Positions 35,752-45,676 of a DNA stretch of 64,000 nt are shown in pieces (position 1 is the stretch's first letter; every line of letters begins with the position of its first letter). The DNA lies in NCBI GenBank assembly GCA_965203195.1, contig OZ241860.1, forward strand, positions 1,794,334 through 1,858,333, written 5' to 3'. The stretch is from Dehalococcoidia bacterium (GTDB taxonomy: Bacteria > Chloroflexota > Dehalococcoidia > Lucifugimonadales > UBA3495). A model generated the notes under the pieces. The model saw only the letters and a program-made list of their open reading frames with translations. It ran no database searches and was not told where the DNA came from. The translations under genes and the position numbers were made by a program.

Positions 35752-36546
35752 TTGACTACCCCCGATGACCGCTTGCAGGCCGGCCGCAATATGCGCGGGA
35801 TGATGGCGAAAGGAGACATCACCCACTACGCCCTGCCCGGCGTTGACCAGCTGGCCCCCGACCTGAAACGGATTATTGACGAAGCCCTGTTCGGCGCCAT
35901 CTGGACGCGTCCCGGCCTGGACTTGAAACAGCGCTGCCTGGCTACCATCTCCGCCCTGATGACCCAGGGCGAGCTGAACCTGCTGCGCCGCCACATCGTC
36001 CGCGCCCTGAATGTGGGCGTGACCCCTAACCAGGTGGTGGAGATTTTCATACAATCCACCTTCTACATCGGCGTGCCGGCGGTGGAATCGGCGCTGCGGC
36101 TGACCAAGGACATCTTTGAGGAAATGGGCATTGACTTCGAGCCGGCGCTGGAATACGACCCCAATCGCCACGTCGACGAACTGCACGCCCTGGGACAGGA
36201 AATCCACCGCCATCATATGGGCGGCTCGCCGGAAACCGCCTACGCCCCCGATTCCCCCGAAGCCCAGCTGGAACGCATCATCGACGAATACAACTGGGGG
36301 GCGATTTACAGCCGCTCGCTGCTGAACGACAAGGAACGCGCCATCATTTCCCTGGCCGCCCTGACTACTATGGGCGTGTATGACGCCCAGATGCGGCGGC
36401 GCATCCGGGGCGCCCTCGGCGTGGGAATGACGCCGGACGAGGTTATGGAGATTTTCATCCACCTCTCAATGTACGGCGGCTATACCAACGCCCGCACTTC
36501 AATGCGTATCGCGCGGTCGGTGTTCACCGAACTGGGGGTCGCGTAA
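35752..36546 (+). CDS. carboxymuconolactone-decarboxylase (CMD/AhpD-like) family protein, two tandem domains
   Basis: TTG at 35752 after 'gaggagga'. The two domains read 'LFGAIWTRPGLDLKQRCLATISALM...TPNQVVEIFIQSTFYIGVP' and 'NWGAIYSRSLLNDKERAIISLAAL...TPDEVMEIFIHLSMYGG'. Confidence 0.7.
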   Translation: MTTPDDRLQAGRNMRGMMAKGDITHYALPGVDQLAPDLKRIIDEALFGAIWTRPGLDLKQRCLATISALMTQGELNLLRRHIVRALNVGVTPNQVVEIFIQSTFYIGVPAVESALRLTKDIFEEMGIDFEPALEYDPNRHVDELHALGQEIHRHHMGGSPETAYAPDSPEAQLERIIDEYNWGAIYSRSLLNDKERAIISLAALTTMGVYDAQMRRRIRGALGVGMTPDEVMEIFIHLSMYGGYTNARTSMRIARSVFTELGVA

Positions 36547-36699
36547 GGCCGCCGGGCCCTGGCTCGCTTATGCCGGCGCGCCTGATGCCGTCAGCCTTGT
36601 GCCGGGGCCACGCCAAAGCGGGAATGACGGCAACCGGCAACCGGAACTCCCCAACCGGAAACGCGGCCAAATGACATCACGGAGGTTGGCAGCAATCTG

Positions 36700-37494
36700 A
36701 TGAAACTGCGCTTGGACGACGGCTGCGAGCTGTTCTACACCATTGACGATTTCACCGACCCGTGGACGGAGCCGGAAACCGTGGTGATGCATCACGGAAT
36801 GGCCAAGAACCACCGGATGTGGTTCGGCTGGGTGCCAATCATCGCCCGCCACTACCGGGTCATCCGGCTGGATATGCGCGGCATGGGACAGTCGGACGTG
36901 CCCGCGCCGGGCTACCCCTGGTCGGTGGACAACTTCGCCAACGACCTGGCGGAGTTTGTGGACAAACTGGGCCTGGAAAAGTTCCACCTCATCGGCGAAA
37001 CGGTGGGCGGCAGCATCTCAATGCGCTACGCCGCGATGCGCCAGGAACGCCTGCTTTCCCTGACCGCCTGCACTTCGCCCACCAGCTTTAACGACGCCCA
37101 TCACGCCCAGTCCGCCGTGCAGATTGAGCAGGAGGGCATCGGCGCCTGGGTGGAAAGCAGCATCGGACGCCGCCTGGATCCGCAGATTGTGGATCCGGCC
37201 TACACCCGCTGGTACGCCGACCAGATGAAAGCCACCGCGCCTCATGTGGTGGCCGGCTTTCAGGCGCAGGCATCCGGGGATTTGCGTCCCCTGTTGCGCG
37301 AAGTGCAGACGCCGGTTCTGATCATTGCCGCCGCATCCCTGCGGGAGGAAGTGCTGGGGGATTTCCGCGCCGCCGCGGAGGTGTTCCCCAACGGTCGGGC
37401 GGTGGTATTCCCCGGCGTGTCGGGCTTTGTGCAGCACATCCTGCCGACGCCTTGCGCCCGCGTGTGGCTGGACTTTGCCCGCAGTTTGGGATAA
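36700..37494 (+). CDS. alpha/beta-fold hydrolase
   Basis: 264 aa with 'VVMHHGMAKNHRMW' and the nucleophile elbow 'HLIGETVGG' (G-x-nucleophile-x-G position; Thr here). Confidence 0.7.
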   Translation: MKLRLDDGCELFYTIDDFTDPWTEPETVVMHHGMAKNHRMWFGWVPIIARHYRVIRLDMRGMGQSDVPAPGYPWSVDNFANDLAEFVDKLGLEKFHLIGETVGGSISMRYAAMRQERLLSLTACTSPTSFNDAHHAQSAVQIEQEGIGAWVESSIGRRLDPQIVDPAYTRWYADQMKATAPHVVAGFQAQASGDLRPLLREVQTPVLIIAAASLREEVLGDFRAAAEVFPNGRAVVFPGVSGFVQHILPTPCARVWLDFARSLG

Positions 37495-38124
37495 CGGGAA
37501 CGGCGGCGCGCGGCTATGCCGGAGAACGCCGGCGCCAACCCCGGCGGCGTCCCCGAGCGGCGTCCCCGCCGTGCCGATGGGAAAGCGCCGGCGCCGGAAC
37601 GCCGCTGCCCAGCCGGGCCGGTCGGCAGAGTGGGCGCCACTGTCGGGGACAGCGGTTTTGCCGGCGCCGCATCCGCGCCCGGCGGGGCCGTTGCTATTCC
37701 GGCCCCCTGGCCCGGCTGGTGGCGCGGGCGGAATTGCCGACGTTGCCCGCAAGGTCAGCCGCCGCCAGCATCTGCCTTTGTCCGCAGAGCCTTACGACGT
37801 CCGCTTTTGCCGGCGCCGGACGATTTATCCCACCGGGCAACCGATGTGGTGGGCGCCGGCGCTATGGGCTTCGTGATAATGTGATAATGCTGATGGCGAT
37901 AACGGACACGGAACACCCGCCGGCAGCGGCCACCGCGCCGGGGTTTTCACTGCCCAGCCTGGACTGGCTACAAGTAGGGCTGTTCGCTGGAGCGGAGCTG
38001 CTGCCGGCCGTCGCCAAAGCCCTGGCCCGACGGCGGCTCCAGGATTTGATTGACCGATTGATTTGCTGACCGACTGACTGATTCTGATTGCCTCTCGCCG
38101 ATTGACTGCCCTAAGAGGTGCCTG

Positions 38125-39537
38125 ATGCCTGACTCCATTTCTCGCCAGCTGGCCCGCTGGGTCGTGAACCTGGACGCCGCCGACCTGCCCCCGGCGGTGA
38201 TTGACAAGGTGCAGACTTCGCTGCTGCACGCCACCGTGGTCGCCATCATTGGCGCCGGCTCTCATCACGGCCGCGCGGCAGTGGCCTTGGCCTTGGCGGA
38301 GGAAAGCGCGCCCGGCGGCGCCGTCATCCTCGCCAACGGCGGCCGGGCCACCCGCTGCGGGGCGGCTTTCGCCAACAGCAAGCTGATGCACGCCACCAAC
38401 CAGGCCGATTCCTACCGGATGCTGACCCACCCCGGGCCCTGCGTAATACCGGCGGCGCTGGCCTCGGCGGAACTGGGCGGCGCCACGGGGGCGCAGCTGG
38501 TCACTGCGCTGGCCGCCGGCTACGAAGCCGAATCCCGCATCGCCGGCGACTTCATCGCCTCTACCCAGGCGCGGGGCTTCCGCTCCAGCCCCGTGTACGG
38601 AACCTTCGGCGCCGCCGTGGCCACGGGCAAGCTGCTGGGCCTCACCGAGGACCAGATGGTCACCGCCATTGCCCTGGCCGCCACCTTTACGGCCGGCACC
38701 AACGAAGGCCCCCGTTCCGGCGGGCGGGAAATGATGTTCCACGAACCCCAGGCCACCCGCAGCGGGATTATGGCGGCGCTGCTGGCCCGGGAGGACGTGC
38801 GCGGCTCCGAGGAAGCCCTGGAAGGGCCGGCGGGTTTCTACAACGCCTTTACCGGCAACAACCGGGGCGAACTGTCCTATGTATTCACCGGCCCGCAGCA
38901 GGTTTCCTTCGCCCCGGTGACCGCAGACCTGGGAACGCGCTGGGAACTGCTGCACACCGTTCTGAAAATGTACCCCACCGCCGGCTACAACTGCCCGGTC
39001 ATTGACCTGATGACGGACATCCGGCGCGCCCATCAACTGGATGCCGACGAAATTGAGCGCATCGTAATTGACCTGAACTGGCTGGAGACGCTGTATCCCT
39101 CGCCCGCGTTTCCCAACCCGTCGCGGGGGCAGGCGATTGTGGGCAGCACGCATTACTTTGCCGCTTATGTGACCGTCAACGGGGCCTACCCGCCGCTGCG
39201 GACGCGCATTGACCCCGGCGACGACGCCACCGCCGCCCGCGCCGAAAACCACGATGCCGTGTTGCGGCTGATGCATAAAGTCGAGACCGTGGGCCACAAA
39301 GACCGCCCGGCTTTCGCCCCGCGCATCACCATTGCGATGGCCGGCGGCACCGAGTACCAGGGCGAATACCAGGGCCACGAACTGGAGTGGGGCCTGGACA
39401 CCGAAGTGGCCCGGCTGCGTCCCCTGTTCCCCGGCATTGACTGGCCTGATGAAAGGCTGGAGGCGATAGTCGCCGCGGTGCGGGAACTGCCGGAAGCGCC
39501 CGACGCCGGCGCGCTGCTGGCCGCCGCCACGCCGTAG
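38125..39537 (+). CDS. MmgE/PrpD-family protein (2-methylcitrate-dehydratase-like)
   Basis: 470 aa. An N-terminal 'LARWVVNLDAADLPPAVIDKV' and 'YPTAGYNCPVIDL' are typical of the family. Confidence 0.75.
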   Translation: MPDSISRQLARWVVNLDAADLPPAVIDKVQTSLLHATVVAIIGAGSHHGRAAVALALAEESAPGGAVILANGGRATRCGAAFANSKLMHATNQADSYRMLTHPGPCVIPAALASAELGGATGAQLVTALAAGYEAESRIAGDFIASTQARGFRSSPVYGTFGAAVATGKLLGLTEDQMVTAIALAATFTAGTNEGPRSGGREMMFHEPQATRSGIMAALLAREDVRGSEEALEGPAGFYNAFTGNNRGELSYVFTGPQQVSFAPVTADLGTRWELLHTVLKMYPTAGYNCPVIDLMTDIRRAHQLDADEIERIVIDLNWLETLYPSPAFPNPSRGQAIVGSTHYFAAYVTVNGAYPPLRTRIDPGDDATAARAENHDAVLRLMHKVETVGHKDRPAFAPRITIAMAGGTEYQGEYQGHELEWGLDTEVARLRPLFPGIDWPDERLEAIVAAVRELPEAPDAGALLAAATP

Positions 39538-39631
39538 CCGCCGCCGACGCGCTACAATGCCGGTGGCCTCGCCGGATGGAAACGCACCCGGCCACGCCGC
39601 AAGAACCTTAAATATGCAGGAGAGTGAAACT

Positions 39632-40426
39632 ATGCTGCCAGGACTGGAAGGCAAAGCCGCCCTCGTTACCGGCGGGAGCAAGGGCATCGGCAAGGCCATC
39701 GCTTATGCGCTGGCGCGGGAAGGCTGCTCCGTGGCCATCTGCGCGCGCGGCGCGGACGACTTGCGGGCCGCCGCCGCCGAAATCGGCGATGCGACCGGCG
39801 CCCGGGTTATCCCTATCTGCGCCGATATGACCGCGCCGGAGGACATCATCAACCTGGTGCGGCAAGCGGTTGACGGCCTGGGCCGCCTGGACATCCTGGT
39901 CAACAACGCCGTCAACAGCACCAGCGACCGGGCCAGCCGGATCCCGGACGAGGTAATCCTGAACCACATCACCACCAAAGTGATGGGCTACATTCGCTGC
40001 GCCCGCGAGTGCGTGCCCCACATAGCCGCCGCCGGGGGCGGGCGCATCATCAACATCGGCGGCATGGCGGCGCGCAATTCCAGCCCCACCAACCCCGGCT
40101 CCGGCGTGACCAACTCGGCGATGTCCAACTATGCCAAGGCGCTGGCCGACGATGTCGCCGCCGACGGCATCCTGGTGAACTGCATCCATCCGGGCAGCAC
40201 CCGCACCGAGCGGTATATGGGGCTGGTGGCGGAACGGGCGGCCCGCAGCGGAATTACGCCGGAGGCGGAGCTGGCGGAGTCGGTCGCCGAAATCCCCATC
40301 GGGCGGATGATCGAACCGGAGGACATCGCCAACCTGGCCGCGTTCCTGTGTTCCGACCTGGCCTCGGCGATTACCGGGCAGACCATCGCTGTGGATGGCG
40401 GCGGCGGGCGGGGCGTCCATTTTTAG
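39632..40426 (+). CDS. short-chain dehydrogenase/reductase (SDR)
   Basis: ATG at 39632 after 'aggagag'. 'KAALVTGGSKGIGKAIA', 'NNAV' and a 'S...Y..AK' catalytic pattern ('NYAKALA'). Confidence 0.85.
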   Translation: MLPGLEGKAALVTGGSKGIGKAIAYALAREGCSVAICARGADDLRAAAAEIGDATGARVIPICADMTAPEDIINLVRQAVDGLGRLDILVNNAVNSTSDRASRIPDEVILNHITTKVMGYIRCARECVPHIAAAGGGRIINIGGMAARNSSPTNPGSGVTNSAMSNYAKALADDVAADGILVNCIHPGSTRTERYMGLVAERAARSGITPEAELAESVAEIPIGRMIEPEDIANLAAFLCSDLASAITGQTIAVDGGGGRGVHF

Positions 40427-40592
40427 GGGACTGCGCCGAGTTTCAGGGGTTTGCGCCGGGCGTATGCCGGCTTTTGGCGCAGGTCGATACGCCCGGCGCG
40501 AAGCGACGGCGTTTCTTTGGCAACGGGTCCGTCCGGTCGCAAACCCGCAATTCCGGCGCCAGTCGGAATTGCGGGTAAAGTGCCAACGGGGT

Positions 40593-41147
40593 TTAACTCA
40601 TCCCGAGCTCGCGCATCCCGTTGGCGAAACCGGGGTCCAGGATGTACACATCCTCAACCTTGTCGTAGGTCAGCGGGCGCGGCAGCCGGATATTGAACCG
40701 CTTCTCCACCCGGTTGCGGCTGTGTCCCTGGCTGGACAAGGAACCGGAGAGGCCCCGCTGGGATAGGTTGAGGGTATGCATCAGCTGGACGCGACGCTGG
40801 GTATGGTTGGGGGAGCGGGAGACGCGTATCATAGCCTCCCGCGCGTTGTCCGACAGGCCGCTCCAGAAGGAATTGACATAGTTGGCGTCCCAGTCCGCGG
40901 CGGGGCGTTCCGGCTCCTCCGGCTCGGCCGGCGGCTCCGGTTCCGGCGCGGCTTCAACCGGCGCCGCCTCAGCCGGCGCGGCCACGGCGGCGCGGGATTC
41001 GGCCAGTTCCTCCATGTCGTCCCCGGCCGGCGCCGGGGCCGGCTCGTTCGTCGCCACGCTGATTACGGCCGCGCCGGCCGCCATCCCGCGCAGCGTTGCT
41101 ACCACTTCGTTGATGTCGCCTTCGATGGTTACGCTGACGTTAGCCAA
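40593..41147 (-). CDS. hypothetical protein with an acidic Ala/Pro/Glu-rich linker
   Basis: 184-aa ORF with 'aaggag' upstream. N-terminus 'MANVSVTIEGDINEVVATLRG', then a low-complexity 'APAEAAPVEAAPEPEPPAEPEEPE' and a C-terminal globular part. The family was not recognised. Confidence 0.5.
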   Translation of the reverse strand: MANVSVTIEGDINEVVATLRGMAAGAAVISVATNEPAPAPAGDDMEELAESRAAVAAPAEAAPVEAAPEPEPPAEPEEPERPAADWDANYVNSFWSGLSDNAREAMIRVSRSPNHTQRRVQLMHTLNLSQRGLSGSLSSQGHSRNRVEKRFNIRLPRPLTYDKVEDVYILDPGFANGMRELGMS

Positions 41148-41271
41148 AACGTCACTCCTTGGTATAGGGTTCAGGGGTATCGGGGTAACAGCCGGTCATT
41201 ATTCCGGCGGGCGGCTAGGCGTCGCCGCCGGAATCGGCCCAAGCGCATATACCATAGCACATAATCGGCGT

Positions 41272-42285
41272 CTATGGTGTCAATACGGCGCGCAATGCCG
41301 ATTCCAGGGCCACCGGCGGCACATACTGCTCAAAGCGGGCGGCAATGCGCCCGTCGGCGGCGACTACGAAAGTCCAGGGTTCCGTGGCCAGTCCCCATTC
41401 GGCTACGGCCGGTACCAGCTCGCGGGCCGGATTGGCCGGGTCGATTTCGTGGGGGTTGCGGTACACCTCAATATGAACGAAATTGGCCCGGCCCCGGTAG
41501 CGCTGCGCCAGCTGCGACAGGTCGGACACCTGGGGGCCGCAGGTTGCGGATACGCAGAAAGCCGGCGTGGCAAAGGTGATAACCGCCGGCTGGCCGGCTC
41601 GGACGGCATCGGCTACGGACAGGCGGTAGAGCGCCGGGTCGGGTTCCGGGCTGCTGCTGATGGCGCGCAGGTCGGCGACATCAGCGGCGGTAGGCGTATC
41701 GGACAGTGGGGCGGCGTCTCCGATGGCCGGGGCGCTGTGCTCCGGCGCAACGGACACCGCCGCCCCGATGGTGAGGCTTTCCCCGGCGCCGTCATAGTCA
41801 AAAGTGGCGTGCAGTTCCCAGATGCCGGGCGCTTCGGCGGTGGCCGCGCCGGCCTGGTCAAAATTGATGTTGGCGATAAAGACGCCGCGCCGTCCGTCAA
41901 AATCCCAGGGCAGAAAGGCGGCCTCGGCGCGGTGGCGCACCTGCCCGCGGGCCGCCCCCGGTTCGTAATAGATGGCGCGCAGCGCCACCGCATCGGGGTG
42001 AACGGGCATATATTCCCGGTCCCTCAGGCCAAAGGATACCCGGTTGTCGCCCACGGCCAGGTCCAAGTTGAGAATCACCAGGCTGACCGGCGGGCCGCCC
42101 GGCGGCTGCGCCAGCACATCGTAGGGAGACGCCGGAGCGGAGCAGGAGACGCTGGCGATGACGGCCAGCGCCAAAGCTATTATCCATAGGATCCGGAACC
42201 GGAGGGTATGGAACCGGCCGAGCGTCTGGATCCGCCCGGTCATAGCGGCCGGCCCGGCATCGTTAGGATGCCCGTTAAGCGCCAC
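41272..42285 (-). CDS. secreted or lipid-anchored thioredoxin-fold protein (TlpA/SCO-like) with an N-terminal beta-sandwich region
   Basis: A TM/signal segment 'ILWIIALALAVIASVSCSAP' is followed by 'VITFATPAFCVSATCGPQVSDL' (Cys pair in a thioredoxin-like context). Confidence 0.45.
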   Translation of the reverse strand: MALNGHPNDAGPAAMTGRIQTLGRFHTLRFRILWIIALALAVIASVSCSAPASPYDVLAQPPGGPPVSLVILNLDLAVGDNRVSFGLRDREYMPVHPDAVALRAIYYEPGAARGQVRHRAEAAFLPWDFDGRRGVFIANINFDQAGAATAEAPGIWELHATFDYDGAGESLTIGAAVSVAPEHSAPAIGDAAPLSDTPTAADVADLRAISSSPEPDPALYRLSVADAVRAGQPAVITFATPAFCVSATCGPQVSDLSQLAQRYRGRANFVHIEVYRNPHEIDPANPARELVPAVAEWGLATEPWTFVVAADGRIAARFEQYVPPVALESALRAVLTP

Positions 42286-42297
42286 GGCCCGCCACCG

Positions 42298-43158
42298 CTA
42301 CAGCCCGCCGAACCATCGCCCCAGATTGCGGAGAGCGACCTGGGCTATGGTGTCCGCGCTTTGGGACACCCGCACGCGTCCGGCGCGCTTGGCCGCGTTC
42401 CAGTCCAGCCTGTTGTAGAGGCAAAGCAGGTAGGTATTGGCGTCGCCGCGCACCGTCAGCTGCGGCTGCCGTTCCGGGGACGATGCGGTTACGGCAAAAG
42501 TGTCGCCGGTTACCGTGACATCGTGTTGCAGAGTGGCGCCTTCGCCGCCACCGCCGATGTCAAAGCGGTACACGGCCGGGGCCGTAAGGGGCGCGGAAGG
42601 CCGGAAGCAGAGCTGATACCACATTTCCGATGCCGGCAGCAGCGCCATAATGCCTTCGCCGTCCAGGTCGCCGGCGCCGGCGCCGCCGGAGCGAATGTCC
42701 CAGTCGTGGATAACCAGCTCCTGGATACGCAGGTCCACGTAGCTGCCGGCGGAAATCGTTCCCCGGCGGCGGTGCCAGCAGCCGACCGACCAGTCCGTCC
42801 AGCCGCGCAGGGTTTCGTCCAGGGCTTCGTAGCCTTCCCGGAAGTTGTGGAGCAGGGCATCGCCCCATTCCTGGCGCATCCGGGCGTTGTTGACGGCGTT
42901 GGACTGCTGCACCTGGTCGGGGGTAGGCTGGGTTTCCTCGCCCGGCGGCGGGCCGCCGTTTCCGCCCCGGCCGCGGAGCATGGCGTCGCGCTGCCGGACG
43001 GCGCCGGCGGCCAGGTGGGCGGCTACGGTTCCCACATCCCACTGGGCGCAGGCGGTGGGCCCGTTGAGGGCGGCCGCCGGCTCTTGCGACAGCCGACGGT
43101 GAATATCGCCGGACAACCGCCGGATCAACGCAACCTTCGCGGTTTCGTCCATTGCCAT
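42298..43158 (-). CDS. DinB/MDMPI-like (maleylpyruvate-isomerase N-terminal domain) family protein
   Basis: ATG at 43158 after 'ggagg'. 'LNGPTACAQWDVGTVAAHLAAG' and 'LVIHDWD' are typical of the mycothiol-dependent-enzyme-type N-domain. Confidence 0.55.
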   Translation of the reverse strand: MAMDETAKVALIRRLSGDIHRRLSQEPAAALNGPTACAQWDVGTVAAHLAAGAVRQRDAMLRGRGGNGGPPPGEETQPTPDQVQQSNAVNNARMRQEWGDALLHNFREGYEALDETLRGWTDWSVGCWHRRRGTISAGSYVDLRIQELVIHDWDIRSGGAGAGDLDGEGIMALLPASEMWYQLCFRPSAPLTAPAVYRFDIGGGGEGATLQHDVTVTGDTFAVTASSPERQPQLTVRGDANTYLLCLYNRLDWNAAKRAGRVRVSQSADTIAQVALRNLGRWFGGL

Positions 43159-43455
43159 GGCCGTTTGCCTCCATACTGGGGGTTGCTGATGGTGTTGTTG
43201 TTCGCCAGGTTCCGCTGACATTCTACCCTAATTCCGGCGGGCGGCGGGCCGGGATGATGCTGAATTATTTCCGCTCCGGCTACATATAAAGCGGCTATGC
43301 GGGCGGTTTCAAAGGCAAGCCGGCGTCGCGGCGTAGATCAGCGCCGCGGCGTTTTCCGCATAAAACCGGGCCGGCGCCGGAGGGCGGCAACCGTCCCGGC
43401 CGGGCCGCAATGCGCTATAATGAGGAGCACAAACTACGGGAGCGTCAACACCGCA

Positions 43456-44196
43456 ATGACAACGGCATCCCAGACCCCAATCCTCACCTTCCAGGATATT
43501 CTGGATACTATGGCGGCGAACCCGGAGCTGCGGGCGTCTATGCGCCAGCACGTCCTTGACGAGGAAGTGCGGCAGCTGCCGGCCGCGTACCAGAGGCTGG
43601 CCGAAAGCCAGACGGTGATGCAGGAAGCCATCAATCGGCTTACTGCGGAGATGGCGGAGCTGCGGGAAATTGTGACCCGGCTGGTGGAGACGGTGAGTCA
43701 CATTGTCGCCAGGCAGGACCGCATGGAACGCCGGGCTGCCGTCACCGCCGGCCACCTGGCCCGCATCGCCGGCTCCCGGTACGAGCAGGCCATCGCCACC
43801 ATCGCGCCCCGCATTGCCCGCGAGGAACTGAACTTCATCGCCCCGGCCGTAACCCACCGCGCCTGGCAAACCGGCGCCTTTGTGGCCGACGCCGTCAACT
43901 CGCCGAGCATTACCACCCGGCAGGCGGCGGATCTGAACCGGGCTGACCTGGTCATCAGCGGCAGGACGCCCAACAACCAGCCGATTCACGCCCTGGCGGA
44001 GGTATCCATTACCATCCACGAGGGGGACATCCAGCGCGCCCACCGCCGCGCCCAAATCCTGCGCGCGGCTCTGGACGACCAGGCCCCGGTCATTCCCGTA
44101 GCGTTTGGCGACCATCTGGACACGGAGGTTGAGGCGGCCGCCCGGGTTATGGGCGTACAGGTTCTCATCGTTCCCGCCGAGGATGACGAGGTGTGA
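43456..44196 (+). CDS. coiled-coil protein with a restriction-endonuclease-fold-like C-terminal region (full-length paralog of 2614-3423)
   Basis: 'ILDTMAANPELRASMRQHVLDEEVRQLPAAYQRLAE' plus a coiled coil. The C-terminus 'ADLVISGR...ALAEVSITIHEGDIQRAHRRAQIL' has a D...E-V-x pattern. The start was chosen by homology to the paralog. Confidence 0.5.
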   Translation: MTTASQTPILTFQDILDTMAANPELRASMRQHVLDEEVRQLPAAYQRLAESQTVMQEAINRLTAEMAELREIVTRLVETVSHIVARQDRMERRAAVTAGHLARIAGSRYEQAIATIAPRIAREELNFIAPAVTHRAWQTGAFVADAVNSPSITTRQAADLNRADLVISGRTPNNQPIHALAEVSITIHEGDIQRAHRRAQILRAALDDQAPVIPVAFGDHLDTEVEAAARVMGVQVLIVPAEDDEV

Positions 44197-44310
44197 GCCC
44201 CGCGACGGCCCAATGACGGCGCTCCGGCATCCGGCGGCCCGGCATCCGGGCGCGGCGGCGCGCCGTTCCCGGACGCTGTTGGCCCGGTGACGGGGATACG
44301 ACCGGCGAAA

Positions 44311-45675
44311 CTAGGCGCCCTCTCCGATGCCGAAGCGCTGCCGCACCCGCTCCGCATAATCGGTGTCATACCGTTGCATCCGGCCTTGTCGCACCTGCTC
44401 GTCCAGCGACGGGCGCCGCAAGCCGCGCGGCGTCAGGGGGGCGTAGCCGATGATGTTATCATCCTCCAGGGCGGCGATGGCGGCCTCGGATTTGCCCAGC
44501 AGGTTCGCCAGTATCTGCCGGTTGTGCTGCCCCATTATGGGCGCCGCCTGCGGGGGAACGGCCGGCGTGCCCGACAGCTTCCAGGGGCGACCGGCGTAGG
44601 GCAGCGGCGGCATCCCGGTATCGGGGTGGTGGGATACCACTTCGTAGAATTGCCGGGCGTTCAGGTGTTCGTTGAACAGGAGATTTTCGCTGTCCAGCAC
44701 GGCGCCGGCGGCAACGCCGGCGTCTTGCAGACGGCGCATCAGCTCGTGGTTGTCGTGGCTGCGGGTCTCCAAGGCCAGCATCCGGTCCAGCTCGTCGCGG
44801 CGCCGGAGGCGGCTTAAGACATCGGCGTAGCGGTCGTCGGCCCCCCAGTCGGCGCGTCCCATTACGCGGCAGAGGCCCTGCCAGGCGGCGTCGCTGTCCA
44901 CGGCGATGGCGATCCAGCGGTCGTCGCCGGCGCAGGGATAGCAGCCGTGAGGTGACATTGCCGGGTCGGAGTTGCCCATCCGTTCCGGGATGCGCCCGTT
45001 CACCGTCCAATCCAGCAGGGCCTCGGGTATGGTGGCACTACAGGTTTGGGTCTGGGATACGTCAATGAACTGGCCGCGCCCGGTGCTGAGGCGATGCATC
45101 AGCGCCAGCATTACGGCGGCCACGGTATGTTCGCAGGCGGTGTAATCGGTATAGGGGATTTCGGACATTGCCGGGCCGCCATCGCGGTAGCCGGTGATGT
45201 AGGCCAGGCCGGCGGCGCCCTCGGTGGCCGGCCCGGTGGCGCCGAAGTTGGCCCACGGCCCCTCAAACCCGTAGCCGGTGGACGACACCATAATGATGTC
45301 CGGGCGGATTTGACGCAGGTCGCGGTATTCCAGCCCGAAGTTGCGGATGACGCGGGGGGTGAAATTTTCGGCGAATATGTCCGCAATGGCGATCAGTTCC
45401 CGCAGCACGGCGCGGCCTTCCGCGCGGCTCAAATCCAGGGTCAGGCCCAGTTTGTTGCGGTTCTGCTCGTAGAAATTGGCGCCCCGGTTCCAGAAATCGC
45501 CCGTCACTTCGTTCTGATACAGGGAATCGGTGCGGTAGCTTTCCAGCCGCTGCACCGATTCCAGGCGGATGACCTGCGCGCCCATATCGGCCAGCCATTT
45601 CATTGCCGAGGGGATGGCAATGAGCTGCCCCATTTCGATGATGCGGATGCCCTGCAACGGCCCGGCCATAGCCAT
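44311..45675 (-). CDS. family III CoA-transferase (CaiB/BaiF)
   Basis: 454 aa with 'GIRIIEMGQLIAIPSAMKWLADMGAQVIRLE' and 'VSSTGYGFEGPW'. Confidence 0.8.
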   Translation of the reverse strand: MAMAGPLQGIRIIEMGQLIAIPSAMKWLADMGAQVIRLESVQRLESYRTDSLYQNEVTGDFWNRGANFYEQNRNKLGLTLDLSRAEGRAVLRELIAIADIFAENFTPRVIRNFGLEYRDLRQIRPDIIMVSSTGYGFEGPWANFGATGPATEGAAGLAYITGYRDGGPAMSEIPYTDYTACEHTVAAVMLALMHRLSTGRGQFIDVSQTQTCSATIPEALLDWTVNGRIPERMGNSDPAMSPHGCYPCAGDDRWIAIAVDSDAAWQGLCRVMGRADWGADDRYADVLSRLRRRDELDRMLALETRSHDNHELMRRLQDAGVAAGAVLDSENLLFNEHLNARQFYEVVSHHPDTGMPPLPYAGRPWKLSGTPAVPPQAAPIMGQHNRQILANLLGKSEAAIAALEDDNIIGYAPLTPRGLRRPSLDEQVRQGRMQRYDTDYAERVRQRFGIGEGA

Positions 45676-45676
45676 A

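Noticed and set aside
37495-38042. A ~550-nt gap between the hydrolase and PrpD-like genes with several overlapping ORFs (for example 37516-37884, and 37889-38069 'MLMAITDTEHPP...').
   Set aside because: The translations are low-complexity or lack an RBS and motifs. No frame shows convincing GC3 periodicity by eye. It is left unannotated apart from the motif array at its 3' end.
41201-41215. Identical 15-mer 'attccggcgggcggc' upstream of two minus-strand genes (41201-41215 and 43231-43245), with a related 'cgcccgccgg' + 'tattataa' at 32706-32730. This could be a possible shared operator or promoter element.
   Set aside because: In ~128 kb of two-strand sequence, several chance 15-mer repeats are expected (on the order of N^2/2/4^15, more with GC bias). 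Three loose occurrences are not enough without genome-wide enrichment.
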